Assembly (NCBI GenBank): GCA_964579475.1 | Contig: CAZOFP010000001.1 | Span: 19,421 to 83,420 of the forward strand | Direction: 5' to 3' | Length of the DNA: 64,000 nucleotides | Origin: an uncultured Candidatus Saccharibacteria bacterium | Lineage (GTDB): Bacteria > Patescibacteriota > Saccharimonadia > Saccharimonadales > CAYOYH01 | Shown: piece after piece, positions 37,077-46,451 of the stretch | Numbering within the stretch: position 1 is the first letter of the stretch | Layout of the letters: the number at the start of each line of letters is the position of its first letter | Made by a program: the position numbers and the translations under genes | The notes under the pieces: model-generated | Database searches by the model: none | Told to the model about the DNA's origin: nothing | The model's input: only the letters and a program-made list of their open reading frames with translations

Positions 37077-38327
37077 GTGAAAATATTGATGCTCGGGTGG
37101 GAGCTTCCACCACATTATGTTGGCGGCATGGGTGTCGTTTGCTACAGCCTATGTGAACACCTTGCGAAATCTGGTGCTGATATTGAATTTATTCTTCCTT
37201 TCGAAGCAGATTACAGCGATATAAAGTTCATGAAGGTCAATCCCGACATAACTAAATCTATCGCTAGCGGTAAAATTAGCTATTCAACTTTGGACAAGAT
37301 GAACGCTACAGCTTACGGCAAAGCAGACATTTCTTCTTCGACTGCCAGAGAGATGGGCGTTATGCCTCTGGATGAGATTAATGATATCTTCCTACAGAAG
37401 GTCATGAAAGCTTCTATACTGGGGAACTTCGACATCATCCACGCTCATGATTGGCTCACTCTCCGAGGTGCAATGCTGGCTAAACGTATCACTGGCTTAC
37501 CTCTCGTCGTTCACATCCACGCCACTGAATTTGACCGTTCTGGTGTTGACGAGAATGAACGCGGCAACGAAATGATTCACCTTATCGAGTACGAGGGGAT
37601 GATGATGGCAGATACCATAATCGCGGTCTCGCAGTGGACTAAAGATATCATCGTCAAACGCTACCGTATTTCTCCAGACAAAATTCAAGTGGTTCACAAT
37701 AGTATTGATCTGGACAGCCCCTACATAAGAGCCGCCGATGATTTGGCGACTGATTTTCATTACCTAGAGACGATGCAGAAGCACGGTTACAGTGTAGTGA
37801 TAAATGCTGGACGGCAATCCATCCAAAAGGGACTTCCTGGCATGCTCGAGGCAGCCAAGCTAGCACTTGAAATCAATCCTAAAATTATTTTTGTGATGGT
37901 TGGTTCTGGCGATATGCACAACGAATTAATCGAAAAAGCAGCCTATCTTGGCATTAGTCGTAACGTAATGTTCACTGGATTCATTAAAGGCAAACAACTG
38001 AGAGACATATATAAGATTGCTGATTTGTTCGTGATGCCCTCTGTGTCAGAGCCATTTGGAAGTACACCGCTTGAAGCAATCGGCCTGGGAACGCCAGTAC
38101 TCATATCAAAGCAATCTGGCGTCAGTGAAGTTATAAAGAATGCTTTAAAAGTTGATTTTTGGGATGCGCAGGAGATGGCTAACAGTATGGTTGCTGTCAC
38201 GATGAATCAGGGTCTAAAAGAGGATTTGACTACAAATGGCTACTCCGAGTTTCTTAGCCAGTCTTGGATTCAGGCGGCTGATAAGACATTGCACGCCTAC
38301 CAGTGCGCGGTGGGGGCGATCACATGA
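37077..38327 (+). CDS. Glycogen/alpha-glucan synthase-like glycosyltransferase (GT4/GT5-type), GTG start
   Basis: N-terminal glycogen-synthase-like motif (GGMGVV) and GT-B C-terminal E-x7-E block (EPFGSTPLEA). Confidence 0.65.
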   Translation: MKILMLGWELPPHYVGGMGVVCYSLCEHLAKSGADIEFILPFEADYSDIKFMKVNPDITKSIASGKISYSTLDKMNATAYGKADISSSTAREMGVMPLDEINDIFLQKVMKASILGNFDIIHAHDWLTLRGAMLAKRITGLPLVVHIHATEFDRSGVDENERGNEMIHLIEYEGMMMADTIIAVSQWTKDIIVKRYRISPDKIQVVHNSIDLDSPYIRAADDLATDFHYLETMQKHGYSVVINAGRQSIQKGLPGMLEAAKLALEINPKIIFVMVGSGDMHNELIEKAAYLGISRNVMFTGFIKGKQLRDIYKIADLFVMPSVSEPFGSTPLEAIGLGTPVLISKQSGVSEVIKNALKVDFWDAQEMANSMVAVTMNQGLKEDLTTNGYSEFLSQSWIQAADKTLHAYQCAVGAIT

Positions 38328-39538
38328 GCAAAGCGGTTAGTTTATACCTACATTTGCACCAACCCTATCGGGTTAAACCCTACAGCATTTTCCGAGCTGG
38401 CACTGATCATATGTATTTCAACGATCAAACCCCCAACACTGACACTAACAATGAATTCATAATTCGAAAAGTAACCGAAAAGTCATACCTGCCAACTAAT
38501 GAAATCCTCCTTGAATTACTCAATAAGCATGAGAAATTCAAACTAAGCATATCCATGCCTGGCACCATCATCGAACAGTTCGAAAATTGGGCGCCAGACG
38601 CTCTAGAAAGCTTCAAGAGACTGGTCGACACTGGTAAAGTCGAGATTTTAGCTGAAACTTATCATCACTCATTGGCGTTTTTCTATGACCGTGAGGAATT
38701 TGAAACTCAAGTGAGAATGCACCGAGAAAAGATTCAGCAAGTGTTTGGTGTCACGCCTACGGCATTTAGAAATACAGAGCTTAGCTATAACAATGACCTT
38801 GCCTATTGGGCTGACCAAGCTGGCTACAAAGCCATAATCACCGAAGGTTGGGATCCAATTCTTGGTTGGCGCAGTCCAAACTTTGTCTATCGCCCCGCTT
38901 ACACCAACTACATTCGTTTGCTGGTAAAAAACTACAGGCTGTCAGATGACGTTGCCTTTCGTTTCTCTAATCAAGACTGGCCAGAGTGGCCACTAACCTC
39001 TGAAAAATATGTTCATTGGCTAAATGCAATTCCCGACGAAGACGAAGTGGTGAATCTGTTCATGGACTACGAGACTTTCGGAGAACACCAATGGGAACAC
39101 TCCGGTATCTTTGATTTCTTGCGACACTTCCCTGGCGAATTTTTGAAGCAGGAGGGAAATGAATTTGTAACTATCACAGAATCTTCGGAAAAATTTGAGG
39201 CAAAGGACTTCATTGATGTTCCACATATTCTGACTTGGGCCGACACCGAGAGAGACTTGACTGCTTGGACTGGTAACGCCATGCAACACCAAGCCATTAG
39301 CGCCATATATGACCTCAAGAAACAAGTTATTGAGTCTAATGACCTAGATTTGATAGAAGATTGGCGAAAGTTACAGGGTTCTGATCATTTCTATTACATG
39401 TGTACTAAATGGTTCAACGACGGCGACGTTCACGCCTATTTCAGCCCCTATGATTCTCCATACGAAGCTTTCATTCATTACATGAACGTTTTACACGATA
39501 TGCGCTTTAGGCTGGTTGAGAAGGGGTTTGATGTCTAG
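38324..39538 (+). CDS. Glycoside hydrolase family 57 (alpha-amylase / 4-alpha-glucanotransferase / branching-enzyme type)
   Basis: GH57 hallmark YLHLHQPYR near the N-terminus. ATGA overlap with the upstream GT. Confidence 0.8.
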   Translation: MSKAVSLYLHLHQPYRVKPYSIFRAGTDHMYFNDQTPNTDTNNEFIIRKVTEKSYLPTNEILLELLNKHEKFKLSISMPGTIIEQFENWAPDALESFKRLVDTGKVEILAETYHHSLAFFYDREEFETQVRMHREKIQQVFGVTPTAFRNTELSYNNDLAYWADQAGYKAIITEGWDPILGWRSPNFVYRPAYTNYIRLLVKNYRLSDDVAFRFSNQDWPEWPLTSEKYVHWLNAIPDEDEVVNLFMDYETFGEHQWEHSGIFDFLRHFPGEFLKQEGNEFVTITESSEKFEAKDFIDVPHILTWADTERDLTAWTGNAMQHQAISAIYDLKKQVIESNDLDLIEDWRKLQGSDHFYYMCTKWFNDGDVHAYFSPYDSPYEAFIHYMNVLHDMRFRLVEKGFDV

Positions 39539-41489
39539 GCCGCTGTTTCTTGGCAATGGTCATATGCTTGTCGGGTTAAATAGTTTTGGCCTAGTTCATG
39601 ATTTCTATTTTCCCTACGCGGGTTATGAAAATCATCTGTCAGAGGACGGCCAACGACACAAAATAGGCATATGGGTAGACGGCAAATTCAGCTGGCTAGA
39701 CGACGGTACCTGGAGTACGTCGATTACTTATGAGGATATGGCTCTAATTGGGCACATTAGGGCTTTAAATGATAACTTAGGCATCGTTTTGGAGTTCACA
39801 GATTTCGTTGACAGTGAGCTGTCGGCTTTCATCAGGAACGTGCACGTTGTTAATAAAAGCGACGTCAGACGCGAAATTCGTGTCTTCTTTCACCAAGTTT
39901 TTGAGATTAGCGAATCTAACAGAGGCGATAGTGCTATATATGTCCCCGCAGAAAAAGCTATTCTAAACTACAAAGGGCACAGAAACTTCGTAATTTCTGG
40001 CAACAGAGCGGACGGTTTAAGTTTCGATCAATATGGCATCGGCAATTACGGTATAGAGGGTAAGGAAGGCACCTACAAGGACGCAGAGGACGGCCAGCTT
40101 TCAGGTAATGCTGTCGAGCACGGTCGTGTCGATAGCGCCATTGGTTTCACGCTTAATATCGCCTCCCATTCATCTAGAAGAGTTAACTATTGGGTCGCTG
40201 CCGGGCAAACTAGAGATGCGGCTTTTGGCATAAGTAGAAAAATCCGCGACGATTCTGTACACACCAGACACGCCATTACACAAAACTTCTACCATGAGTG
40301 GCTGACTATTGCAGAGCCAAAAATATTGAAACTACCTAAGAAATACCGACATTACGTGATTAAATCGTTGTTGATTATAAAATCTCACATCGATGCCCGT
40401 GGTGCGATTATTGCGTCTGGTGATTCGCAAATGCTTAATTACGCCAGGGATTACTATGGATACTTCTGGCCAAGAGACGGCGCATTTATCATCTGGCCAC
40501 TTATTCGACTTGGTTACACTGAGGAAGCCAAGAATTTTTTTAATTTTTGTAAAAACGTTCTAACCCCCGGTGGGTACTTCATGCATAAATATTTGCCCGA
40601 TGAATCTGTGGGCAGTACCTGGCACGCGGCGATTGAAAATGGCCACGACGAGCTACCAATCCAGGAAGACGAAACTGCAATTGTCATCTTCATGCTCAAC
40701 GAGTATATGCAGTATTCAAACGACACCGACTTTGTTGAGTTGATGTTCACCAAGCTAGTCAAACCTGCGATAAAATACATTTTAGAGTTTATGGATAAAG
40801 AAACGGGTCTTCCTCATCAGAGCTTTGATCTTTGGGAGGAAAAGTTCCAAACCACCACCTACACAACCGCTACGGTATATGGGGCGCTAGTAGCGGCTCG
40901 CGAGATTGCCGAAACTTTGAATTTCTCTGAAGACGCACTGGCCTGGAAGGAGGCCGCCACCGCCCTGAGAAAAAAGGCCCAGATCATATTTTTCAATAAA
41001 GACAAAGGCTACTTTTACAAAGGCTACCAAATAGTTGACGGCACAATGAAGTTCGATGACACTATCGATGTCTCTAGCCTGTTTGGCGCTGTACTGTTTG
41101 GTCTTTTCGATATCGATGACCCACGTGTCCTGCAAGCCGAGAAAACTCTCGAAGCCACCCTGGTGGATTCACCAAAAGTTAATGGGACACCTAGGTACGA
41201 GAACGATCAGTACAACCTAAATGATAAATCGGCTAAGGGCAATCCGTGGTTCGTAACTTCGTTTTGGTATGCGCAGTACATGGTGGAGCGCGGCAACAAA
41301 GAGTTCGCCGAGAAAGTGCTCAACTGGAGCCTAGATTATATGTTGCCGACTGGAGTATTGCCTGAACAAATAGACACCAACGAAGGAACCTATATTTCGG
41401 TTGCGCCTCTGATATGGAGCCAAGCAGAATTTATTAATACTGTATTCGATCTTTACTCGGCTAGGGATCTGCCCGATGAAGATACCTAA
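39531..41489 (+). CDS. Glycoside hydrolase family 15-like (glucoamylase/glucodextranase; N-terminal beta-sandwich plus (alpha/alpha)6 barrel)
   Basis: GH15-like catalytic-region blocks (DLWEE, WFVTSFWYAQY). Overlaps the GH57 stop. Confidence 0.75.
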   Translation: MSRPLFLGNGHMLVGLNSFGLVHDFYFPYAGYENHLSEDGQRHKIGIWVDGKFSWLDDGTWSTSITYEDMALIGHIRALNDNLGIVLEFTDFVDSELSAFIRNVHVVNKSDVRREIRVFFHQVFEISESNRGDSAIYVPAEKAILNYKGHRNFVISGNRADGLSFDQYGIGNYGIEGKEGTYKDAEDGQLSGNAVEHGRVDSAIGFTLNIASHSSRRVNYWVAAGQTRDAAFGISRKIRDDSVHTRHAITQNFYHEWLTIAEPKILKLPKKYRHYVIKSLLIIKSHIDARGAIIASGDSQMLNYARDYYGYFWPRDGAFIIWPLIRLGYTEEAKNFFNFCKNVLTPGGYFMHKYLPDESVGSTWHAAIENGHDELPIQEDETAIVIFMLNEYMQYSNDTDFVELMFTKLVKPAIKYILEFMDKETGLPHQSFDLWEEKFQTTTYTTATVYGALVAAREIAETLNFSEDALAWKEAATALRKKAQIIFFNKDKGYFYKGYQIVDGTMKFDDTIDVSSLFGAVLFGLFDIDDPRVLQAEKTLEATLVDSPKVNGTPRYENDQYNLNDKSAKGNPWFVTSFWYAQYMVERGNKEFAEKVLNWSLDYMLPTGVLPEQIDTNEGTYISVAPLIWSQAEFINTVFDLYSARDLPDEDT

Positions 41490-42087
41490 CCCACTAGCCA
41501 AAAATCCTTTCCAGGAATTTGCTGACGAACATTCACTTGTCTACAGTGCTCACTTTGAAGAAGATGCACACACTGTTGTTCGCGGGATTACCCTAACTAC
41601 CTCAAGAAAGGATGAATTTTTGGTACAAGGTAATATCGAAGGTCACGAAGTTCAGCTGTTACAACGCCGAGTTTCAATGCATAAACCTGGTAGTGAAATG
41701 CTAGTTCTAAAGTGGGCAATATTGCATCTGACTCTATCGAAAGACGCCAATCTGCCGCACATATTCTTAGACGGCAACAACAGATACCACGAAGATGTAT
41801 ACGACGCAATTTTTACCAAATTCCACAAATTAGTTCTCGCCCCCGCCCCCTTTAAAAACAATTTCACCTCAAACTACCGTATATTCACAAATCCTGAAAC
41901 CATCCCACTGCTCTCTCAACACCTAAGCAGCGCCACTACGGAAAAACTTTCCACTCTTGGACACTTTATGGATTATGAACTATTTGAGAACAATATATTC
42001 GTTTATTTGCCAAGCGGTGCAACAAAAATCGCCCAGTTGAATCAAATGTTTCAAGCTGGACGATTGTTAGCGAACTCTGCTGATTAA
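41476..42087 (+). CDS. Hypothetical protein
   Basis: ORF overlapping the GH15 stop; no motif recognised. Confidence 0.45.
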   Translation: MKIPNPLAKNPFQEFADEHSLVYSAHFEEDAHTVVRGITLTTSRKDEFLVQGNIEGHEVQLLQRRVSMHKPGSEMLVLKWAILHLTLSKDANLPHIFLDGNNRYHEDVYDAIFTKFHKLVLAPAPFKNNFTSNYRIFTNPETIPLLSQHLSSATTEKLSTLGHFMDYELFENNIFVYLPSGATKIAQLNQMFQAGRLLANSAD

Positions 42088-42275
42088 ACTTCGTTTCTTC
42101 CCAAATTCTTTTTTGTCTCTACGTAGAGTGTTTTGCGCTTCAATAGAGGGTTGTACTTCTTGAGCTGAATTTTGTCCGGTGAATTTACGGTATTTTTAGT
42201 AGTGTAATAATCTCGTCTACCTGTCTCTTCACAGACGAGTCCTATTATCTTTCGCTTATTGGTCTTTTTGGCCAT
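42084..42275 (-). CDS. rpmG: 50S ribosomal protein L33
   Basis: 63 aa; L33 pattern (KI.L.C..TG...Y.T.KN......KL.LKKY.P..K); no upstream Cys pair (zinc-independent type). Confidence 0.85.
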   Translation of the reverse strand: MAKKTNKRKIIGLVCEETGRRDYYTTKNTVNSPDKIQLKKYNPLLKRKTLYVETKKNLGRNEV

Positions 42276-42474
42276 TCTCTTCCTTCACTGGCATTATTAG
42301 TGCCGCCACAATATAAAATATTAACCCCGGTACTATACCACTGAAAATGATTGCAGCCAAGACTAAAAGTCGCATTAACGTCGCGTCCATGTCGGCATAG
42401 TCTGCCAAACCGGCTGCAACGCCCGCAAAAATCTTGTTATCTGCGTCTTTGTATAACTTCTTCTGTTCTGTCAT
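42256..42474 (-). CDS. PspC-domain membrane protein
   Basis: KLYKDADNKIFAGVAAGLADY motif then a TM helix. Start taken at the internal Met to avoid the tRNA. Confidence 0.7.
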   Translation of the reverse strand: MTEQKKLYKDADNKIFAGVAAGLADYADMDATLMRLLVLAAIIFSGIVPGLIFYIVAALIMPVKEENGQKDQ

Positions 42475-42495
42475 AGGGTACGCCTCTTTATTTAT

Positions 42496-42570
42496 TGGAG
42501 CCCCGACCGAGACTTGAACTCGGGACCTCATCCTTACCATGGATGCGCTCTACCACTGAGCTATCGGGGC
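42496..42570 (-). tRNA. tRNA-Thr (anticodon GGT), CCA encoded
   Basis: Hand-folded cloverleaf: acceptor GCCCCGA/TCGGGGC, D-arm GCTC..GAGC, anticodon stem CATCC/GGATG with loop ATGGTAA, T-arm CCGAG-TTCAAGT-CTCGG. Confidence 0.85.
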
Positions 42571-42613
42571 ACCATCACCACAAGATTATATCAGAATGTA
42601 GCTTATGTTGGCA

Positions 42614-42642
42614 TTGCGATTTACATCTGTTTTTGATACTAT
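42614..42642 (+). promoter_or_regulatory. Candidate promoter (TTGCGA - 17 nt - TACTAT) upstream of tRNA-Thr(TGT)/tRNA-Tyr
   Basis: Near-consensus -35/-10 with 17-nt spacing, ~20 nt before the tRNA 5' end. Confidence 0.4.
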
Positions 42643-42661
42643 TTCCTGCGTCCAGACAGAT

Positions 42662-42738
42662 GCCGGCATAGCTCAGTTGGCTAGAGCAACGGTTTTGTAA
42701 ACCGTAGGTCGCGGGTTCGAATCCCCCTGCCGGCTCCA
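42662..42738 (+). tRNA. tRNA-Thr (anticodon TGT), CCA encoded
   Basis: Acceptor GCCGGCA/TGCCGGC, D-arm GCTC..GAGC, anticodon stem ACGGT/ACCGT with loop TTTGTAA, T-loop TTCGAAT. One mismatch in the T-stem. Confidence 0.8.
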
Positions 42739-42878
42739 TAATCTTTTGTTCGTCAAATGACGAGCGAAAGATTATAGTATCTGTAAGGCGAATCCTTTTG
42801 CAAAACAGGGGTTCGATCACAAGGTTCACGCGTAGAAGTTTACTTCGAGCATGAGTCGCAGAGAGTAGCGGTAGCGTC

Positions 42879-42896
42879 ATCCCTCTGCCGGCTGCA
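42879..42896 (+). repeat. Duplicated 3'-end fragment of tRNA-Thr(TGT) (ATCCCTCTGCCGGCTGCA vs ATCCCCCTGCCGGCTCCA)
   Basis: 18-nt near-copy located ~140 nt downstream of the intact tRNA. Confidence 0.5.
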
Positions 42897-42909
42897 TTTA
42901 CATTACAAT

Positions 42910-42996
42910 GCTGGGATAGCGAAGCGGTCAAACGCAGCAGGCTGTAAACCTGCCGGCCTAGTGCCTACGTAGGTTCGAGTCCTACTCCCAGCACCA
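42910..42996 (+). tRNA. tRNA-Tyr (anticodon GTA), long variable arm, CCA encoded
   Basis: Acceptor GCTGGGA/TCCCAGC, anticodon stem GCAGG/CCTGC with loop CTGTAAA, T-arm GTAGG-TTCGAGT-CCTAC. Confidence 0.85.
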
Positions 42997-43100
42997 GTTT
43001 AATTAAGACGAGAACCGTCAGCACAAGGTGCGAGGTTCGAAGACAAGGAAGCGCGCAGATGCTTGCACCTGGGCACTGGACAAAGCGCACCTGAAGGATA

Positions 43101-43118
43101 GTCCTACTCTCAGCACCA
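43101..43118 (+). repeat. Duplicated 3'-end fragment of tRNA-Tyr (GTCCTACTCTCAGCACCA vs GTCCTACTCCCAGCACCA)
   Basis: 18-nt copy with one mismatch ~100 nt downstream of tRNA-Tyr. Confidence 0.5.
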
Positions 43119-43167
43119 ATATTTATCATATTTAAACGAAATTATTAGATTAACACTGAGAACTCTT

Positions 43168-43953
43168 ATGCCCAGTGACCCTAGAACAATAGAATCCTAC
43201 AATGAGAATGCCGAGTCTTACGACAGACACATTAGAGATCCTTCTGGCTCGACCTACCATTCTTACTATGAAAAGCCTGCTATCCGGGCTGAGCTACCTA
43301 GCTTAGCTGAATTAGATACTATCAGCATCGGCTGTGGCAGTGGAATTGATGCACAGTGGCTTAAAGATAACGGTGCAAAATCCGTTGTTGGTATAGATAT
43401 CTCCACAGGACTAATCGATATAGCTAAGTCCAAACACCCCGAAATAGATTTTTTTGTGTCAGATATGGAAAAGCTGGATTTTAAAGATGAGAGTTTTGAC
43501 TTAGCTTACTCTAGTCTAGCAATGCACTATGTTGACGACTGGACACAAGCATTAACAGAAGCACGTCGAGTTCTCAAACAAGGTGGCCAATATGTATTCT
43601 CCTGTGGCCATCCAATAGACAGTGCTATGGAATATAGTAAGAACGGAAGTATACGAGAGAAAAAACTTGGCATTACAATAGATGATGCGACGAGCGAGCG
43701 CACCCTGTACGGCGATTACCTTGCTGCCGATAGTGATGGAACAAAAGAGATTAATGGAAACTTGGGCGATATGGAAATCGTTATTTACCACAGAACCATA
43801 GGCAAGATGATTGAACAAATTCTAGCCTCCGGTTTTAGCATTGAGCGACTTGTTGAACCCCTACCTGCGGAAGAGCTAAAAAACGTCCGCAAAGAGAAGT
43901 ACGACCAACTGAGACGAATCCCGTTCTTTATAATTTGGGTTTTAAGAAAATAA
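43168..43953 (+). CDS. Class I SAM-dependent methyltransferase
   Basis: Motif I (ISIGCGSGID) and Rossmann-fold MTase blocks (VLKQGGQYVFS). Confidence 0.8.
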   Translation: MPSDPRTIESYNENAESYDRHIRDPSGSTYHSYYEKPAIRAELPSLAELDTISIGCGSGIDAQWLKDNGAKSVVGIDISTGLIDIAKSKHPEIDFFVSDMEKLDFKDESFDLAYSSLAMHYVDDWTQALTEARRVLKQGGQYVFSCGHPIDSAMEYSKNGSIREKKLGITIDDATSERTLYGDYLAADSDGTKEINGNLGDMEIVIYHRTIGKMIEQILASGFSIERLVEPLPAEELKNVRKEKYDQLRRIPFFIIWVLRK

Positions 43954-44023
43954 CCCTGTCTTCTTCATAACTCTCTCGTCTAAGACTACACTCACCAATT
44001 AGCGCTTCGTGATATGCAGAGCG

Positions 44024-44050
44024 CCAGAGAGAAGTGTTCAGACTCTCTGG
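44024..44050. terminator. Stem-loop CCAGAGAG-(11 nt)-CTCTCTGG between convergent genes; possible bidirectional terminator
   Basis: Perfect 8-bp inverted repeat. The distal arm is part of a 16-nt motif that recurs at 36427..36442. Confidence 0.4.
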
Positions 44051-44707
44051 TTACATTACCACGCGACGCGGTTGAGAAAGTCGCTTGTGTTTTTTTGAGC
44101 CGTTGGTCATTATTTTGGCGATTCTGCTTTTAAGTTTCTTCGACTCATCTTCCATACCAGCTGCATCGTAGGCATCCAGTAGCAATCGCAGGGTCTGCGG
44201 TGTCTTCTCTAGCCTAACTGCATTTTCTAATGCTTCGACTACTTTTTTATGGTTGCCAAGCTTTTCCTCCACTTTGGCATAAGCTACATGTCTAGCGGCT
44301 AGCTCATCTTCGATTTCTAGAGCGTTTTCAAAAGCCAGTGCCGCTTTGTCGTATTTCTCTGTTTCGTAGTAGATTAAACCAAGATTGTGCAAGCTGGATG
44401 CGCTAGGGTCGATACTGCAAGCAATCTCGAAACATTCTATAGCGTCCTTGTACTCTTTTTGGCGGGCATAAATGATTCCAAGCCGACTGTAAGCAGCGGC
44501 GTTGCGCTTATCAAACTTCAAGATAGTCAAAAGTGCCCGCTCTGCACGCAGATACTTTTTATCGCGAATGCCGAGATTCGCAGCTCTCCAAAGCTGTTCA
44601 ACTCGGCCAGTGACCTTCCTAGAGAGAGGCTGAATACTTCTTTCCACTCTGTGGATGGTAATGTATCCGAAAACTCCAAGTAGGGTTACTACTAATACTG
44701 AAAACAT
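44051..44707 (-). CDS. TPR-repeat protein with N-terminal TM anchor
   Basis: Four to five tetratricopeptide-like repeats (A/Y/G spacing) after a hydrophobic N-terminus. Confidence 0.65.
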   Translation of the reverse strand: MFSVLVVTLLGVFGYITIHRVERSIQPLSRKVTGRVEQLWRAANLGIRDKKYLRAERALLTILKFDKRNAAAYSRLGIIYARQKEYKDAIECFEIACSIDPSASSLHNLGLIYYETEKYDKAALAFENALEIEDELAARHVAYAKVEEKLGNHKKVVEALENAVRLEKTPQTLRLLLDAYDAAGMEDESKKLKSRIAKIMTNGSKKHKRLSQPRRVVM

Positions 44708-44741
44708 GAAGAATATTATAGCAGAAAACAGAGGTAATTAG

Positions 44742-45608
44742 CTAAATACCAACTAGTAGGCTTGTAAGATTCAACCGGACATTGCCGTTAGCTTCTAAGT
44801 TGGTAGCGGTGAGCTCGGCTTTTTTGAGTATTTCCAGCCATTTTTCCCCACTCTTCCCAGATGAAATCGCTGTTTTTAGGCCAATAAAGGACAGGTGATA
44901 AAGATTGTTAGCTATTTCAATTGCTTTTGCACGGTCGTTCATGGCAGCTTTAGTCATTACTAGCCGTTGATACGGCTTTTTCGCTATCAATTCCTTAGAC
45001 AGACCCAGGCCTTCTTCTGAGTTTAACTTACTTAGTGAAAGCGCTTTGTAAACTTCCCCGCCACTTACAAATCTTAATCGTTCTACCTCTGCCGAGTCTA
45101 CGCCGCTACTCACTAGCATTTTGCTAAATTCATCTCTCGAAACACCCTGGATTATCAGTTTTGTTGTACGCGAATCGATAGTAGAGAGCACTGAGCGCGT
45201 CGACGGAGCACTCAATATGAAGTTGAGGTATTCTGGTGGTTCTTCTAGAAGTTTGAGCAGACTATTTTGCGCCTCTGTCGTTAACGCATGAGCATCATAG
45301 ATTAAGACAAGCTTCGTCTTGTCTGTGCCTTTAGAACCGGACACCTTGGCGAATTTCCAGACTTCACGTATTTCATCTATTGAAATATTGCCGTTTTTGT
45401 TTGGTTTGATGACTAGGGCTCTCGGTGTATTGTTCAACTGCAGCTTTTCGGTAAGTTTAAGCCGTTCGAGTCCTAGAGCCGTCACAACCTCATCGACACC
45501 ACTACCTTTGCTTCCTATGACCAGCAGAGCGTGTGTTGGGTCTTTCAAATATTGGCTGACTGCTACTTTAGTGTTTCTGGCGATCATTAGATTATCTAGC
45601 TTACTCAT
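44742..45608 (-). CDS. holB: DNA polymerase III delta-prime-like clamp-loader subunit (degenerate AAA+)
   Basis: AAA+-like fold with degenerate P-loop (VIGSKGSGVDEV). Size and context (near other replication genes) fit holB; assignment is tentative. Confidence 0.5.
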   Translation of the reverse strand: MSKLDNLMIARNTKVAVSQYLKDPTHALLVIGSKGSGVDEVVTALGLERLKLTEKLQLNNTPRALVIKPNKNGNISIDEIREVWKFAKVSGSKGTDKTKLVLIYDAHALTTEAQNSLLKLLEEPPEYLNFILSAPSTRSVLSTIDSRTTKLIIQGVSRDEFSKMLVSSGVDSAEVERLRFVSGGEVYKALSLSKLNSEEGLGLSKELIAKKPYQRLVMTKAAMNDRAKAIEIANNLYHLSFIGLKTAISSGKSGEKWLEILKKAELTATNLEANGNVRLNLTSLLVGI

Positions 45609-46450
45609 AAAACAAACTCTTTCGGTGGTTCGGAAACGAAAACTTGACGCTTGCCGTCAGGTAATGCGAGCTCCAGTTTGTAGGCATGTAGCATTACGCG
45701 TGGCGCAGGTGCACCTCCGTAAACCGTGTCACCCAGTATCGCAAGATCCATAAATGCCATATGGACTCGTAGCTGGTGAGTACGACCCGTGGTCGGATAC
45801 AGCTCGACCAGAGCTTTGTCTTCATTTTCCTTGATGACTGAATATTCCGTCTGTGCTGACTTACCGTTAGGCCCGGCTCGAAATGTACTAGGCATTTTAG
45901 GGTTTCGTTCAATCGGCACATCAATCATCGCCTCTTTCTCGTCTGGTATATGTGACAAAATCGCCAGGTAGGTCTTCTCGACTTTCCTGGTGCTAAACTG
46001 CTTTTGCAAGAATTTGGCTGCTTCGTCACTTCTTGCACATATCATCACACCAGAAGTTGTTCGGTCTAGCCGGTGAACGATACCAGAACGCTCGGTCTCT
46101 TTGCCGCTGAACTTATCTTTCATAAAATCAGCAACCGTGAACTCTGGATTGAAAGCACCTTTAGAGTGGCTGAGCATGCCGACGGGTTTATCTATTACTA
46201 CAACGTCGTCATTCTCGAAGATTATTGGTATTTCCACTCGCTTAACGTCGATTTCGGGCAGATTAATTGAGATTTTGTCAGCTTCTTTTACCTTGTAGCT
46301 GGTTTTTGTCTTCTTTCCGTTAACTAACACCTGTCCGCTGTTTATGGTTTTAGACCAATAATTCCGCGAATTCGCGTCAAGATGATTCGCTACAACTGCG
46401 TCTAACCTACTCCCATAGTCCTCGTCGGTGAGTTTTAGGAGCCTTTGCAT
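45605..46450 (-). CDS. RluA-family pseudouridine synthase (RluD-like, S4 + catalytic domain)
   Basis: Catalytic motif HRLDRTTSGVMICAR; S4-like N-terminus. Start taken at the internal Met to avoid overlap with trpS. Confidence 0.85.
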   Translation of the reverse strand: MQRLLKLTDEDYGSRLDAVVANHLDANSRNYWSKTINSGQVLVNGKKTKTSYKVKEADKISINLPEIDVKRVEIPIIFENDDVVVIDKPVGMLSHSKGAFNPEFTVADFMKDKFSGKETERSGIVHRLDRTTSGVMICARSDEAAKFLQKQFSTRKVEKTYLAILSHIPDEKEAMIDVPIERNPKMPSTFRAGPNGKSAQTEYSVIKENEDKALVELYPTTGRTHQLRVHMAFMDLAILGDTVYGGAPAPRVMLHAYKLELALPDGKRQVFVSEPPKEFVL

Positions 46451-46451
46451 A

